From: Candidatus Beckwithbacteria bacterium GW2011_GWC1_49_16
GTDB lineage: Bacteria; Patescibacteriota; Microgenomatia; UBA1400; CG1-02-47-37
Reading direction: 5' to 3'
Length of the DNA stretch: 64,000 nt
Assembly (NCBI GenBank): GCA_001029675.1
Contig: CP011210.1
Coordinates: forward strand, 193-64,192
The notes beneath the pieces are model-generated. The model worked only from the letters and a program-made list of their open reading frames with translations. It was not told the DNA's origin and did no database searches. A program made the position numbers and the translations under genes. Positions 56,441-64,000 of the stretch are shown piece by piece (positions within the stretch are counted from its first letter, which is position 1; each line of letters begins with the position of its first letter).

Positions 56441-57815
56441 AACAGATTATCAGTTTGGGTTTCATGACCGGGTAAAGCCTCGGTTTAAAACCAAAAAAGG
56501 TTTAAGCGAACAGGTGGTCAGGGAGATTTCCGCCAAAAAAGATGAACCAAAATGGATGCTTGAGTTTAGGCTTAAGGCTTTGAAGGTGTTTGAAGCCAAG
56601 AAAATGCCGACCTGGGGGGCGGATTTGTCAAAGATCGATTTTAATGAGTTGACTTATTACTTGGAGCCAACCGAAAAGACAGAAAAAAGGTGGCAGGATG
56701 TGCCGAAAGATATTAAGAATACTTTTGATCGCTTGGGGATTCCGGAAGCAGAGAAAAAGTATTTGGCCGGAGTCAAAAGCCAGTACGACAGCCAGGTGGT
56801 CTATGGGTCGTTAAAAAAGGAACTAGCCGACAAAGGAGTGATTTTTTTAGGATTTGACGAGGCGGTGCAAAAATACCCACGCCTGGTGAAAAAATATCTT
56901 GGTACGGTCATACCCATCGGTGACAACAAATTTGCCGCTTTAAACAGCGCGGTCTGGTCGGGAGGCAGTTTTGTCTACGTGCCGGCCCGAGTTAAGGTAG
57001 ACAAGCCTTTGCAAGCTTATTTCAGGATTAACGAGCCCCAGTTTGGCCAGTTTGAGCGGACGCTGATTATTGCCGAGGAGGATTCCTCGGTTCACTACGG
57101 GGAGGGCTGCACCGCCCCTGCGTTTTCTGAAGGATCGCTTCACGCGGCGGTAGTGGAGATTATCGTCAAAAAACGCGCCCGGGTGCAGTACACCACGGTG
57201 CAAAACTGGTACAAAAACGTTTATAATCTGGTGACCAAAAGGGCCTGGGTGGGGGAGCGGGGGGAGATGATTTGGACCGATGCTAATTTGGGAGCAAGAG
57301 TGACGATGAAGTATCCGTCGTTTATCCTCGCCGAAGAGGGAGCCAGGGGGGAGACGTTGTCGGTGGCTTTGGCCGGCGAGGGGCAGCATCAGGACGTGGG
57401 CAGCAAAGCGACTCATTTGGCGCCAGACACCCGTAGCATCATTGTGTCTAAATCCATCAGCCTCAACGGCGGCAGGAGCACCTACCGGGGTCTGGTCAAT
57501 GTGGCCCGGGGGGCTAAGGGAGCCAAGTCCAAGGTTATCTGCGACGCTTTGATTTTGGATCCCAAATCGAGAACCGATACTTACCCGACCAACAAGATTT
57601 TTGAAAAGGAAGTGACGCTTGAGCACGAAGCGACGGTGTCAAAAGTGGGGGAGGAGCAACTGTTTTATCTCACTAGCCGGGGCTTGAGCCAAACCCAAGC
57701 TATGGGGATGGTGGTCAATGGTTTTATCGAGCCGGTGGTGAAGAAACTGCCAATGGAGTATGCGGTGGAGATGAACCGGCTGATTGATTTAGAGATGGAA
57801 GGGTCGGTGGGATGA
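56427..57815 (+). CDS. sufB: Fe-S assembly scaffold
   Basis: [57 protein letters not shown]. Confidence 0.97.
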   Translation: MKGFKTDYQFGFHDRVKPRFKTKKGLSEQVVREISAKKDEPKWMLEFRLKALKVFEAKKMPTWGADLSKIDFNELTYYLEPTEKTEKRWQDVPKDIKNTFDRLGIPEAEKKYLAGVKSQYDSQVVYGSLKKELADKGVIFLGFDEAVQKYPRLVKKYLGTVIPIGDNKFAALNSAVWSGGSFVYVPARVKVDKPLQAYFRINEPQFGQFERTLIIAEEDSSVHYGEGCTAPAFSEGSLHAAVVEIIVKKRARVQYTTVQNWYKNVYNLVTKRAWVGERGEMIWTDANLGARVTMKYPSFILAEEGARGETLSVALAGEGQHQDVGSKATHLAPDTRSIIVSKSISLNGGRSTYRGLVNVARGAKGAKSKVICDALILDPKSRTDTYPTNKIFEKEVTLEHEATVSKVGEEQLFYLTSRGLSQTQAMGMVVNGFIEPVVKKLPMEYAVEMNRLIDLEMEGSVG

Positions 57816-58396
57816 AGTGGCGGTTGATAGATAAACCAGGGAAGCATGTGGTCAGCTCGGGAAAAGACCAGCAGGTAGGGATAGTTCTACTGGTAGATAA
57901 AGGGGGAGAATACGGCGTGACGGTGGAGTTAGTTGGCGCGGGGGCGAAAGCGCTTATGTTGGGGTTGGTGGTAGGCCGCGGTCGGGAATGGATTAATTTA
58001 AGCACCGAGACGGTGCACCAGGTGGCCAACACCCATGCGGAAACGATGATTCACGGGGTGATGTTTGATCAAGCCACGGCCAATATTTCCGGGCTGATAA
58101 AGATTGTCAAAAGAGCCCAGACGGTGACAGATTTTTTGACGGAAAGAATACTCCTTTTATCTCCTTCTGCCCAGGCGATAGCCGAGCCGGCACTGGAGAT
58201 TGAGGCAGACGAGGTCAGGGCGTCGCACGCGGCGACCGTGGCGCCGGTAGACGAGAACCAGGTATTTTATCTAACCAGCCGGGGCTTGAGCCAGAATCAG
58301 GCAGAGAGCCAGATGGTTAAGGGGTTTTTGGGAGTGGTAGTTAATAAAATCGAAGATGATAAAATACGGCATCAGGTATTAAAAAGGATATGTTAG
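57812..58396 (+). CDS. sufD: Short SufD
   Basis: [25 protein letters not shown]. Confidence 0.9.
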   Translation: MKWRLIDKPGKHVVSSGKDQQVGIVLLVDKGGEYGVTVELVGAGAKALMLGLVVGRGREWINLSTETVHQVANTHAETMIHGVMFDQATANISGLIKIVKRAQTVTDFLTERILLLSPSAQAIAEPALEIEADEVRASHAATVAPVDENQVFYLTSRGLSQNQAESQMVKGFLGVVVNKIEDDKIRHQVLKRIC

Positions 58397-59610
58397 ATGT
58401 CAATAAGATCAAAAAAGATTTTCCGATTTTAAGCCGTAAGGTTAACGGCAAGCGGTTGGTGTATTTGGATAACGCGGCTACGAGTCAAAAACCAAAAGCC
58501 GTAATAGAAGCAGAGGTTGAGTTTTATCGCCGGCATAACGCCAATGTCCACCGGGGGCTTCATAGTTTAAGTGAAGCAGCGACCGTTATCTATGAGGAGG
58601 CTCGAAAGACGGTGGCCGGGTTTATCGGGGGCGAGGCCGACGAGTTGGTGTTTGTCAGAAACGCCACCGAAGGGTTGAACTTAGTCGCCTGGGCGTGGGC
58701 GGCGGCGAGTTTAAAAAGGGGTGACGAGATTTTAACCAGCGTGATCGAGCACCATAGCAACTTGATCCCCTGGCAAAGGTTGAGCCGGGCCAAGGGGTTA
58801 AAGCTGGTGGTGGCGGGGGTGGCCGAAAACGGGGTTTTGGATATGGCGGATTTTGCCAATAAATTGACTAGAAAAACTAAGCTGGTGGCGATCGGCCACA
58901 TGTCTAACACCACCGGAGCGATTAACCCGGTGGCAAAAATTGTCAAAATGGCCAAGAGAGTTAGGGCGAGAGTGGCAGTGGACGCAGCCCAGAGCGTGCC
59001 GCACCTTAAAGTCAATTTCAAGGACTTGGGAGTGGATTTTTTGGCTTTTTCCGGCCACAAAATGCTCGGGCCGATGGGAATTGGGGGAGTCTTAATCAAA
59101 AAAGAGCGCCAAGAAGAAATGGAGCCGTTTCTGACCGGGGGAGGGATGATCTCGGAAGTTTGGCCGCAGAGGGCGACCTGGGCGGCGGGGGTGGAGAAGT
59201 TTGAGGCGGGGACGCCCAATGTCGCCGGGGCAGTGGGGTTGGCGGCGGCCGTGGAGTATTTGACCAAGCTTGGTATGGCGAGGGTTTATGAGCATGAAAA
59301 GAAAATGGTGGCTTATGCGTTGAAGAGACTTGGTGAGATTGAGGGGTTGAGGGTAATCGGGCCCAAAACCACAGAGAGTAGAGGAGGAGTAATCAGTTTT
59401 GTGATGGAGGGAGTGCACGCCCACGACATTGCCCAGGTGCTTTCCAGTGAGGGGGTGGCGGTTCGATCCGGCCACCATTGCACCATGCCGCTTCATAAAC
59501 GTTTGAAACTGGCGGCCACCACCCGAGCCAGTTTTTACATCTATAACGATAAAAAAGACGTCGATGCTTTGATAGATGGATTGAAAAAAGTGAAAAACGT
59601 TTTCACTTAA
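58390..59610 (+). CDS. sufS: Cysteine desulfurase
   Basis: YLDNAATSQKP, EHHSN, DAAQS, FSGHKM, RSGHHC. Confidence 0.97.
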   Translation: MLDVNKIKKDFPILSRKVNGKRLVYLDNAATSQKPKAVIEAEVEFYRRHNANVHRGLHSLSEAATVIYEEARKTVAGFIGGEADELVFVRNATEGLNLVAWAWAAASLKRGDEILTSVIEHHSNLIPWQRLSRAKGLKLVVAGVAENGVLDMADFANKLTRKTKLVAIGHMSNTTGAINPVAKIVKMAKRVRARVAVDAAQSVPHLKVNFKDLGVDFLAFSGHKMLGPMGIGGVLIKKERQEEMEPFLTGGGMISEVWPQRATWAAGVEKFEAGTPNVAGAVGLAAAVEYLTKLGMARVYEHEKKMVAYALKRLGEIEGLRVIGPKTTESRGGVISFVMEGVHAHDIAQVLSSEGVAVRSGHHCTMPLHKRLKLAATTRASFYIYNDKKDVDALIDGLKKVKNVFT

Positions 59611-59616
59611 CAGGAT

Positions 59617-59991
59617 ATGGACATATATAGAGAAGAGATTTTAGATCATTACAAAAATCCGAGGAATTTCGGCCCCACTTCGCTTAAAGCTTCGCGGGGT
59701 GAACGGGTTTTTAAAGCCAGAGAAACCAATGCTTCCTGCGGCGACGTCATGGAGATGGCGGTGGTGCTAAAGGGAGGAAGGCTCTCGGCGATAAAATTTG
59801 AGGGCGAAGGCTGTGCTGTTTCCATGGCGGCCGCCAGCATGTTGACGGAAAAGGTGAAAGGCAAGAAGGTGGCCGAAGCAGAGAAAATGACTGATGATGA
59901 AATGATCGGTTTATTAAAAATCGAGGTCGGCCCGACCAGAAGAAAGTGTGCTACACTGGGCTTGGTATGTCTAAGAAAAGCTCTACCATAA
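59617..59991 (+). CDS. sufU: SufU/IscU scaffold protein
   Basis: ILDHYKNPRN, N.SCGD, GCAVS.A.AS, R.KCA. Confidence 0.93.
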   Translation: MDIYREEILDHYKNPRNFGPTSLKASRGERVFKARETNASCGDVMEMAVVLKGGRLSAIKFEGEGCAVSMAAASMLTEKVKGKKVAEAEKMTDDEMIGLLKIEVGPTRRKCATLGLVCLRKALP

Positions 59992-60194
59992 TTGACCGGC
60001 ACATGAATCTGGGGGAACTAGCGGCAAGCTTTCCTGATGTGGCTGAAGTGTTGAACCGCGATTATGGTCTTCACTGCATCGGCTGTTTTGCTTCCGGGTT
60101 TGATACTTTAGAGATGGGGGCCAAGGTCCACGGCTACGATGACCACGACATCGACAAGATGGTTAAACGCTTAAACTCCTTGGTTGGGAAATAA
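59967..60194 (+). CDS. DUF1858 family protein
   Basis: YGLHCIGC.....TLE.GA..HG. Confidence 0.88.
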   Translation: MSKKSSTIIDRHMNLGELAASFPDVAEVLNRDYGLHCIGCFASGFDTLEMGAKVHGYDDHDIDKMVKRLNSLVGK

Positions 60195-60915
60195 ACTCTG
60201 CCGCTTGACTGGTGGCCCGCTTCATTGACAGGGGAATATTTTTAGTTTTGAGGTAATGGAGAACGAAGCTGGCGATATAAACGTCGCCGGCACCGGTGGT
60301 GTCTTGGGTTTTAACTGGCGGTGCCGGGGAGAAAAACTGCCTACCCTGATAAACCACGCGGCTGCCCTGGGAGCCGAGGGTGGTTAAGACCAGGGGGTGG
60401 TGTTTAATGGTGAGGTGGCGACTGGTAATGACCAAGTCAAAAGCTGAGGCAAATTTGTCAACGGCGGCGTTACTAAAGGTGTAAGGAGTATGGCCGTCAA
60501 AGTCGATGGCTGTAAATGGTGATGCGGGCAGGGTCATCAGCTGCTTAATGGGTTTGAACCCGGTGGTGATAAGCGCGTCTTGGCTTTGGGGAAAGCCGCC
60601 GGGTCGAAAATTTTTCAACCCTTCCAGTTTCCAGGCGGAAAACCGGGCTCTTTTTTGCCGGTCGAGGGTGATATTAATATGGCTGGTTGGGCCGGGAATG
60701 ACCGATAGCCAGGTGATATTAATTTTTAGTTTACGGCAAATGTCTAAATATTTTTTGCCCCAGGTATCGTTGCCGACTGCTGAGACTAAACTGACGCGAA
60801 CATCGTTTTGAGCCAGCCAGACGGCTCGGTTGAAGGCGGTTCCTCCCAGAAAGTGCTTCTTTTGTTGGGGATAAACATCGACGACGCAGTCGCCGATCGA
60901 GGCAATCTTGACCAT
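60163..60915 (-). CDS. PfkB family sugar kinase (fructoselysine-kinase-like)
   Basis: IGDCVVDVY, GG..FN.AV, VGND.WG, T.GSQG, DTTGAGD. Confidence 0.9.
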   Translation of the reverse strand: MVKIASIGDCVVDVYPQQKKHFLGGTAFNRAVWLAQNDVRVSLVSAVGNDTWGKKYLDICRKLKINITWLSVIPGPTSHINITLDRQKRARFSAWKLEGLKNFRPGGFPQSQDALITTGFKPIKQLMTLPASPFTAIDFDGHTPYTFSNAAVDKFASAFDLVITSRHLTIKHHPLVLTTLGSQGSRVVYQGRQFFSPAPPVKTQDTTGAGDVYIASFVLHYLKTKNIPLSMKRATSQAAEFISQPRSLSV

Positions 60916-60948
60916 GGCTAGGGTATAATACCACGCTGCGGGAGAAAT

Positions 60949-61611
60949 ATGACTTCAGTTGGCAGAAAACCAGAAATCGGCGTTAGCGGCTCTTCCAGCC
61001 AAGAAGCGGTGGACTTGGTCAGGCGTCTTTTGGGAGAGAGGCTGCCGCGGCGGGGCGAGTTTGAGCCGATCCGGCCCAAGCCAGAGTATTTTTTAAACGG
61101 TGGCGTCAAAGATCACTGGGCGCCGCATTTCACTCGAGTTCCGGTTATAGCCCTGAATGAAGCCAGAACCTGGCAAGCCCTAGTACCGTCTTTGGTCATC
61201 GACCAAGCAGTGGTGATTTGGTCAGGAGCACTCCATGATACCCAAAGATTGGGTGTCATCGACGACCCGGATCACGGTGAGCGGGCCGCCCAGTGGGTCA
61301 AAGCCAAACTCGACGGCAAACTCAACCTCGACCAGCTTTATAAGGTGATGAGAATTTGTCGATTCCACTCGGTTAACGGGGTCAACCAAGACTTAGGCCC
61401 GGAAGCGGCCGTAGTCAGGGAGGCCGATCGGCTTGACAGGCAAAGGCTGGATGATTTTAACCCCGGGAGGTTAAAACTGCCGTTTTCCGAGCCTTTCATT
61501 GCCATCGCCAGAGACTTGATTGATCTCACCGACAGGTCTTATTCAAGCGTAGACGAGGCTTTTGATCGGGTTTTAGACGCAGGGGTGGCTTTGGGTATAA
61601 TTAGGTCATGA
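60949..61611 (+). CDS. HD-domain protein
   Basis: H...H..RV, ALHD, DHG.RAA, H, EADRLDR. Confidence 0.82.
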   Translation: MTSVGRKPEIGVSGSSSQEAVDLVRRLLGERLPRRGEFEPIRPKPEYFLNGGVKDHWAPHFTRVPVIALNEARTWQALVPSLVIDQAVVIWSGALHDTQRLGVIDDPDHGERAAQWVKAKLDGKLNLDQLYKVMRICRFHSVNGVNQDLGPEAAVVREADRLDRQRLDDFNPGRLKLPFSEPFIAIARDLIDLTDRSYSSVDEAFDRVLDAGVALGIIRS

Positions 61612-62273
61612 CCAAACCCCAAGAATTTCTCGGCCGGGTGAGCCGAGTGGAGCTGACAGGCCATTTTAGGTTCTTTAAAGTTAAGCTGGTTGAGCCCAAA
61701 AACTTAGATTTTAGCGCCGGCCAGTTTTTGTCTGTGGCCATCGGCGGCGGCCAGAGGCGGGCTTATTCGATCGCTTCGCCGCCGAGAGATTCGAGACTTG
61801 ATTTGGTGGTGGATTTGTCGCCAGGGAGAGCGGGGTCAAAGTTTATGGCTGGGTTGAAACAGGGGGATGAGATTAGCTTTTTGGCGCCTTTGGGGCGGTT
61901 CGTGGTGGAAAACGAGGCAAAGCTTTTGTTTGTGGCCACGACCTCGGGTATAGCCCCGATAAGAAGCATGGTGCTTGATTTGCTTAATCAAAACGACCCA
62001 AGGTCGACCTATCTTTATTGGTATGTGCGGCAAGCCGATGCTGCGGCGTTTCAGGATTGGGACCGCGAGTTTGAGCAAAAAGTCAAGGCTAGAGTGGGGT
62101 TTTACTACCGGCTGGTTAAAAGCGGCGGGCAAGAGAGTTGGCCTGACGGGGGCAGGAACTTAGAAAAGATAAAAACCTTAGGCGGGGATAAAAACCGGGG
62201 AGTGTATCTTTGCGGCAGTCAAAAGATGCTGGCGGGTTTTCCCCAGAGTCGGGTTCATGTAGAGCGTTTTTGA
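61608..62273 (+). CDS. FAD/NAD(P)-binding oxidoreductase (FNR-like), degenerate paralog
   Basis: F.AGQF, RAYSIAS, G.AGS, PLG.F, ATTSGIAP, YLCG. Confidence 0.82.
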   Translation: MTKPQEFLGRVSRVELTGHFRFFKVKLVEPKNLDFSAGQFLSVAIGGGQRRAYSIASPPRDSRLDLVVDLSPGRAGSKFMAGLKQGDEISFLAPLGRFVVENEAKLLFVATTSGIAPIRSMVLDLLNQNDPRSTYLYWYVRQADAAAFQDWDREFEQKVKARVGFYYRLVKSGGQESWPDGGRNLEKIKTLGGDKNRGVYLCGSQKMLAGFPQSRVHVERF

Positions 62274-62296
62274 GCCAACGTGTTATATTGAAGGAC

Positions 62297-62998
62297 ATGC
62301 AAAAGCCCCAACAGTTTACCGGCAAGGTGGCAGAACACATCTTGATCAACAATAAATTTCAGTACCTGCATATTGAGCTGACTCATCCTTTCAGGCTCGA
62401 GTTTGAGGCGGGCCAGTACGTTTCTTTTGCCATCGGCGGGGGAGAAAGAAGGAGTTATTCGATTGCTTCTGAACCGCAGATAGACAGCAGTATCGAGGTT
62501 TGCGTCGACGTTACCCCGGAGGGTAAGGGTTCAAGTTTTTTGAAAAGCTTAAAACCGGGCGATGAGGTTAGCTTTTTGGCGCCTTTGGGAAAGTTTAAGG
62601 TAGAAGACGAGTCCAAGTTGTTGTTTGTGGCAACCGGCTCGGGGATTACGCCGGTGAGAAGCATGATTTTGGATTTACTGGAGTATAAAAAAGACCCAAG
62701 GCAAATCCAGCTTCACTGGGGGTTGCGGCACGTCGATGACATGTTTTGGGTCGAGCACTTTCGCAAATTCCATGAGTACTACGATAACTTTACCTTTCAC
62801 CTGACTTTGAGCCAGCCGCCGGAGCACTGGCCCTTGTGCGCCGGCTATGTGACCGATTGCGTCAGAGACGAGCTGACGTTGGATTCAAGCTGGGGGGTGT
62901 ATCTTTGCGGCAATAAATTTATGATCGATGACGCCACCAAGCTGGTAACCAAAATGGGCGTACCCCCAGAGCAGATTCACACGGAGAAATTCTTTTAA
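62297..62998 (+). CDS. FAD/NAD(P)-binding oxidoreductase (FNR-like)
   Basis: F.AGQY, RSYSIAS, GKGS, ATGSGITP, GYVT, YLCG...MI, terminal EKFF. Confidence 0.92.
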   Translation: MQKPQQFTGKVAEHILINNKFQYLHIELTHPFRLEFEAGQYVSFAIGGGERRSYSIASEPQIDSSIEVCVDVTPEGKGSSFLKSLKPGDEVSFLAPLGKFKVEDESKLLFVATGSGITPVRSMILDLLEYKKDPRQIQLHWGLRHVDDMFWVEHFRKFHEYYDNFTFHLTLSQPPEHWPLCAGYVTDCVRDELTLDSSWGVYLCGNKFMIDDATKLVTKMGVPPEQIHTEKFF

Positions 62999-63024
62999 TT
63001 TACAATTTACAATTTACAATTTAC
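62997..63024. repeat. Heptamer tandem repeat (AATTTAC)x4, intergenic
   Basis: Four perfect copies between the FNR stop and the ferredoxin start. Confidence 0.9.
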
Positions 63025-63034
63025 AATTACTATC

Positions 63035-63262
63035 ATGGCTAAATACAAGATCAAGATTTTGCGGGATAAGTGTATCGGGGCGGCGTCTTGCGTCGGGTTG
63101 GCGCCGGGAGCGTACCAGCTTGATGACGAAAACATCGCTTATGTGGTATCAGAGGAGGGAGACACACCGGAAAATATTCTCTTGGGGGCGCAGAGTTGTC
63201 CGACCAATGCCATCGAGATTTACGACGCGGAAACTGGTGAAAAGGTGTGGCCCAAGGAATAG
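63035..63262 (+). CDS. Monocluster ferredoxin, probably 3Fe-4S
   Basis: CIGAASC...AP...SCPTNAI (CxxAxxC...CP). Confidence 0.92.
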   Translation: MAKYKIKILRDKCIGAASCVGLAPGAYQLDDENIAYVVSEEGDTPENILLGAQSCPTNAIEIYDAETGEKVWPKE

Positions 63263-63349
63263 CCTTGACAGAACAGAGGAAAGTGCGCTAGGCTACCTCT
63301 GTAATAGCAAATAGCTGCCCGAGATTAAAATTTAAAGGAGGTGAATAGA

Positions 63350-63547
63350 ATGGCTTATTCATACAAGAACTCGAAGGGCGTGACTTATTATCTTCACTAC
63401 AAGGACGTGACCTTGCGTGGAGGTAAGAAGCAAAGGATTTACTTCTTTGCCCGAGATGTGCGAAGCGGTGCTCTTGACGACCTGCCTAGTGGTTACGAGG
63501 TGATGGAAACCAAGAGAACTGGTATGCCTGTCTTAAAGAAAGCGTAA
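63350..63547 (+). CDS. Conserved small basic protein
   Basis: NSKGVTYYLH...IYFF...LP.GY.V.E..RTG.PVLKK; SD AAGGAGGTG; TTGACA-18-TAGGCT upstream. Confidence 0.85.
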   Translation: MAYSYKNSKGVTYYLHYKDVTLRGGKKQRIYFFARDVRSGALDDLPSGYEVMETKRTGMPVLKKA

Positions 63548-63593
63548 TTGAGGAACTAGGCAATAGCTTCTAGCTCCTAGATAAAGCTTAGAG

Positions 63594-63626
63594 AAAACCA
63601 GCTTCAGTGTTGGAGCTGGTTTTTTT
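63594..63626 (+). terminator. Intrinsic terminator
   Basis: AAAACCAGCTTCA-loop-TGGAGCTGGTTTTTTT. Confidence 0.85.
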
Positions 63627-63652
63627 GGACCTCTCGTGTTAGATTAGGGACA

Positions 63653-64000
63653 ATGAGGCGAGTAAATAACAAGTTGGTGTCCGTGGGTTTAGCGGTAACG
63701 GCGGTAGTCTTGGGATTGGTTTGGTGGCAGGGTCAACAGGGTAAAGAGACAGTAGCGCCGGAGATGACCCTGGAAAGATCGAAGATGATGGAGAGTGAGG
63801 TTGACCTTGAGGCGCCGATGAGTGAGAGTCAAAAACAAAAGATTGAGGCGGAGCTTGAGAGTGCGGCCGAGACGGCGGTTTTGGATGATGTCAGCGGGGG
63901 GCAGGCGACAGGGACAGCCTGGAGGAAGTTTAGTGATAATTTCTATCACCAAGTGGAAACCACGGGCTTGCCGTCTTTAGAGAAGGGGTTTTTTTACGAG
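63653..64000 (+). CDS. Membrane-anchored protein, possibly RskA-like C-terminal domain (partial, runs off the right edge)
   Basis: Not in the ORF track; MRRVNNKLVSVGLAVTAVVLGLVWW...LDDVSGGQATGTAWR...GLPSLEKGFFYE, open to the edge. Confidence 0.75.
   Translation, partial: MRRVNNKLVSVGLAVTAVVLGLVWWQGQQGKETVAPEMTLERSKMMESEVDLEAPMSESQKQKIEAELESAAETAVLDDVSGGQATGTAWRKFSDNFYHQVETTGLPSLEKGFFYE

Noticed and set aside
57664-58295. Shared AGCCGGGGCTTGAGCCA in sufB and sufD
   Set aside because: Explained by the conserved FYLxSRGL motif of the paralogs; too short to claim gene conversion

Overview
Compact bacterial chromosome segment using the standard genetic code (TGA is a stop). The gene content and style fit Patescibacteria/CPR, probably Microgenomates; this is inferred from the VirB2-like pilins, DUF5667 protein, PPAT-DUF359 fusion, leaderless promoters and group 3b-like hydrogenase. 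From left to right: a truncated Cys-rich secreted protein, uppS and two pilins; a SpoIID to smpB-tmRNA block; comF and an archaeal-type CoA synthase fusion; a tRNA cluster (all four Ser, Arg-GCG, Arg-CCG); dnaG-rpoD-tRNA-Asn followed by an accessory region of small genes; an ECF sigma locus; a TauE-hydrolase fusion, CotH, a fungal-like trehalose GT4, ZIP and VKOR/Trx; a type IV pilus operon; then a redox block with SOD, an MsrQ-like protein, HypC, DUF6390, a protease, a two-subunit NiFe hydrogenase, glpX-fba-ThiG-like-pgk, Rrf2-sufCBDSU, two FNRs and a ferredoxin. The signals the gene list does not explain are: (1) short hairpin elements and CGAAnnn heptamer arrays sitting in-frame in many unrelated genes and in tmRNA; (2) one 27-bp operator shared by sodA and rrf2-suf; (3) two identically spaced ECF promoters; (4) a minimal hydrogenase whose small subunit has a tandem-Cys motif; (5) a promoter-hairpin-terminator unit near 23.3 kb. 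No rRNA, CRISPR array, transposase or integrase was seen. Family calls come from motif recognition, not database searches.
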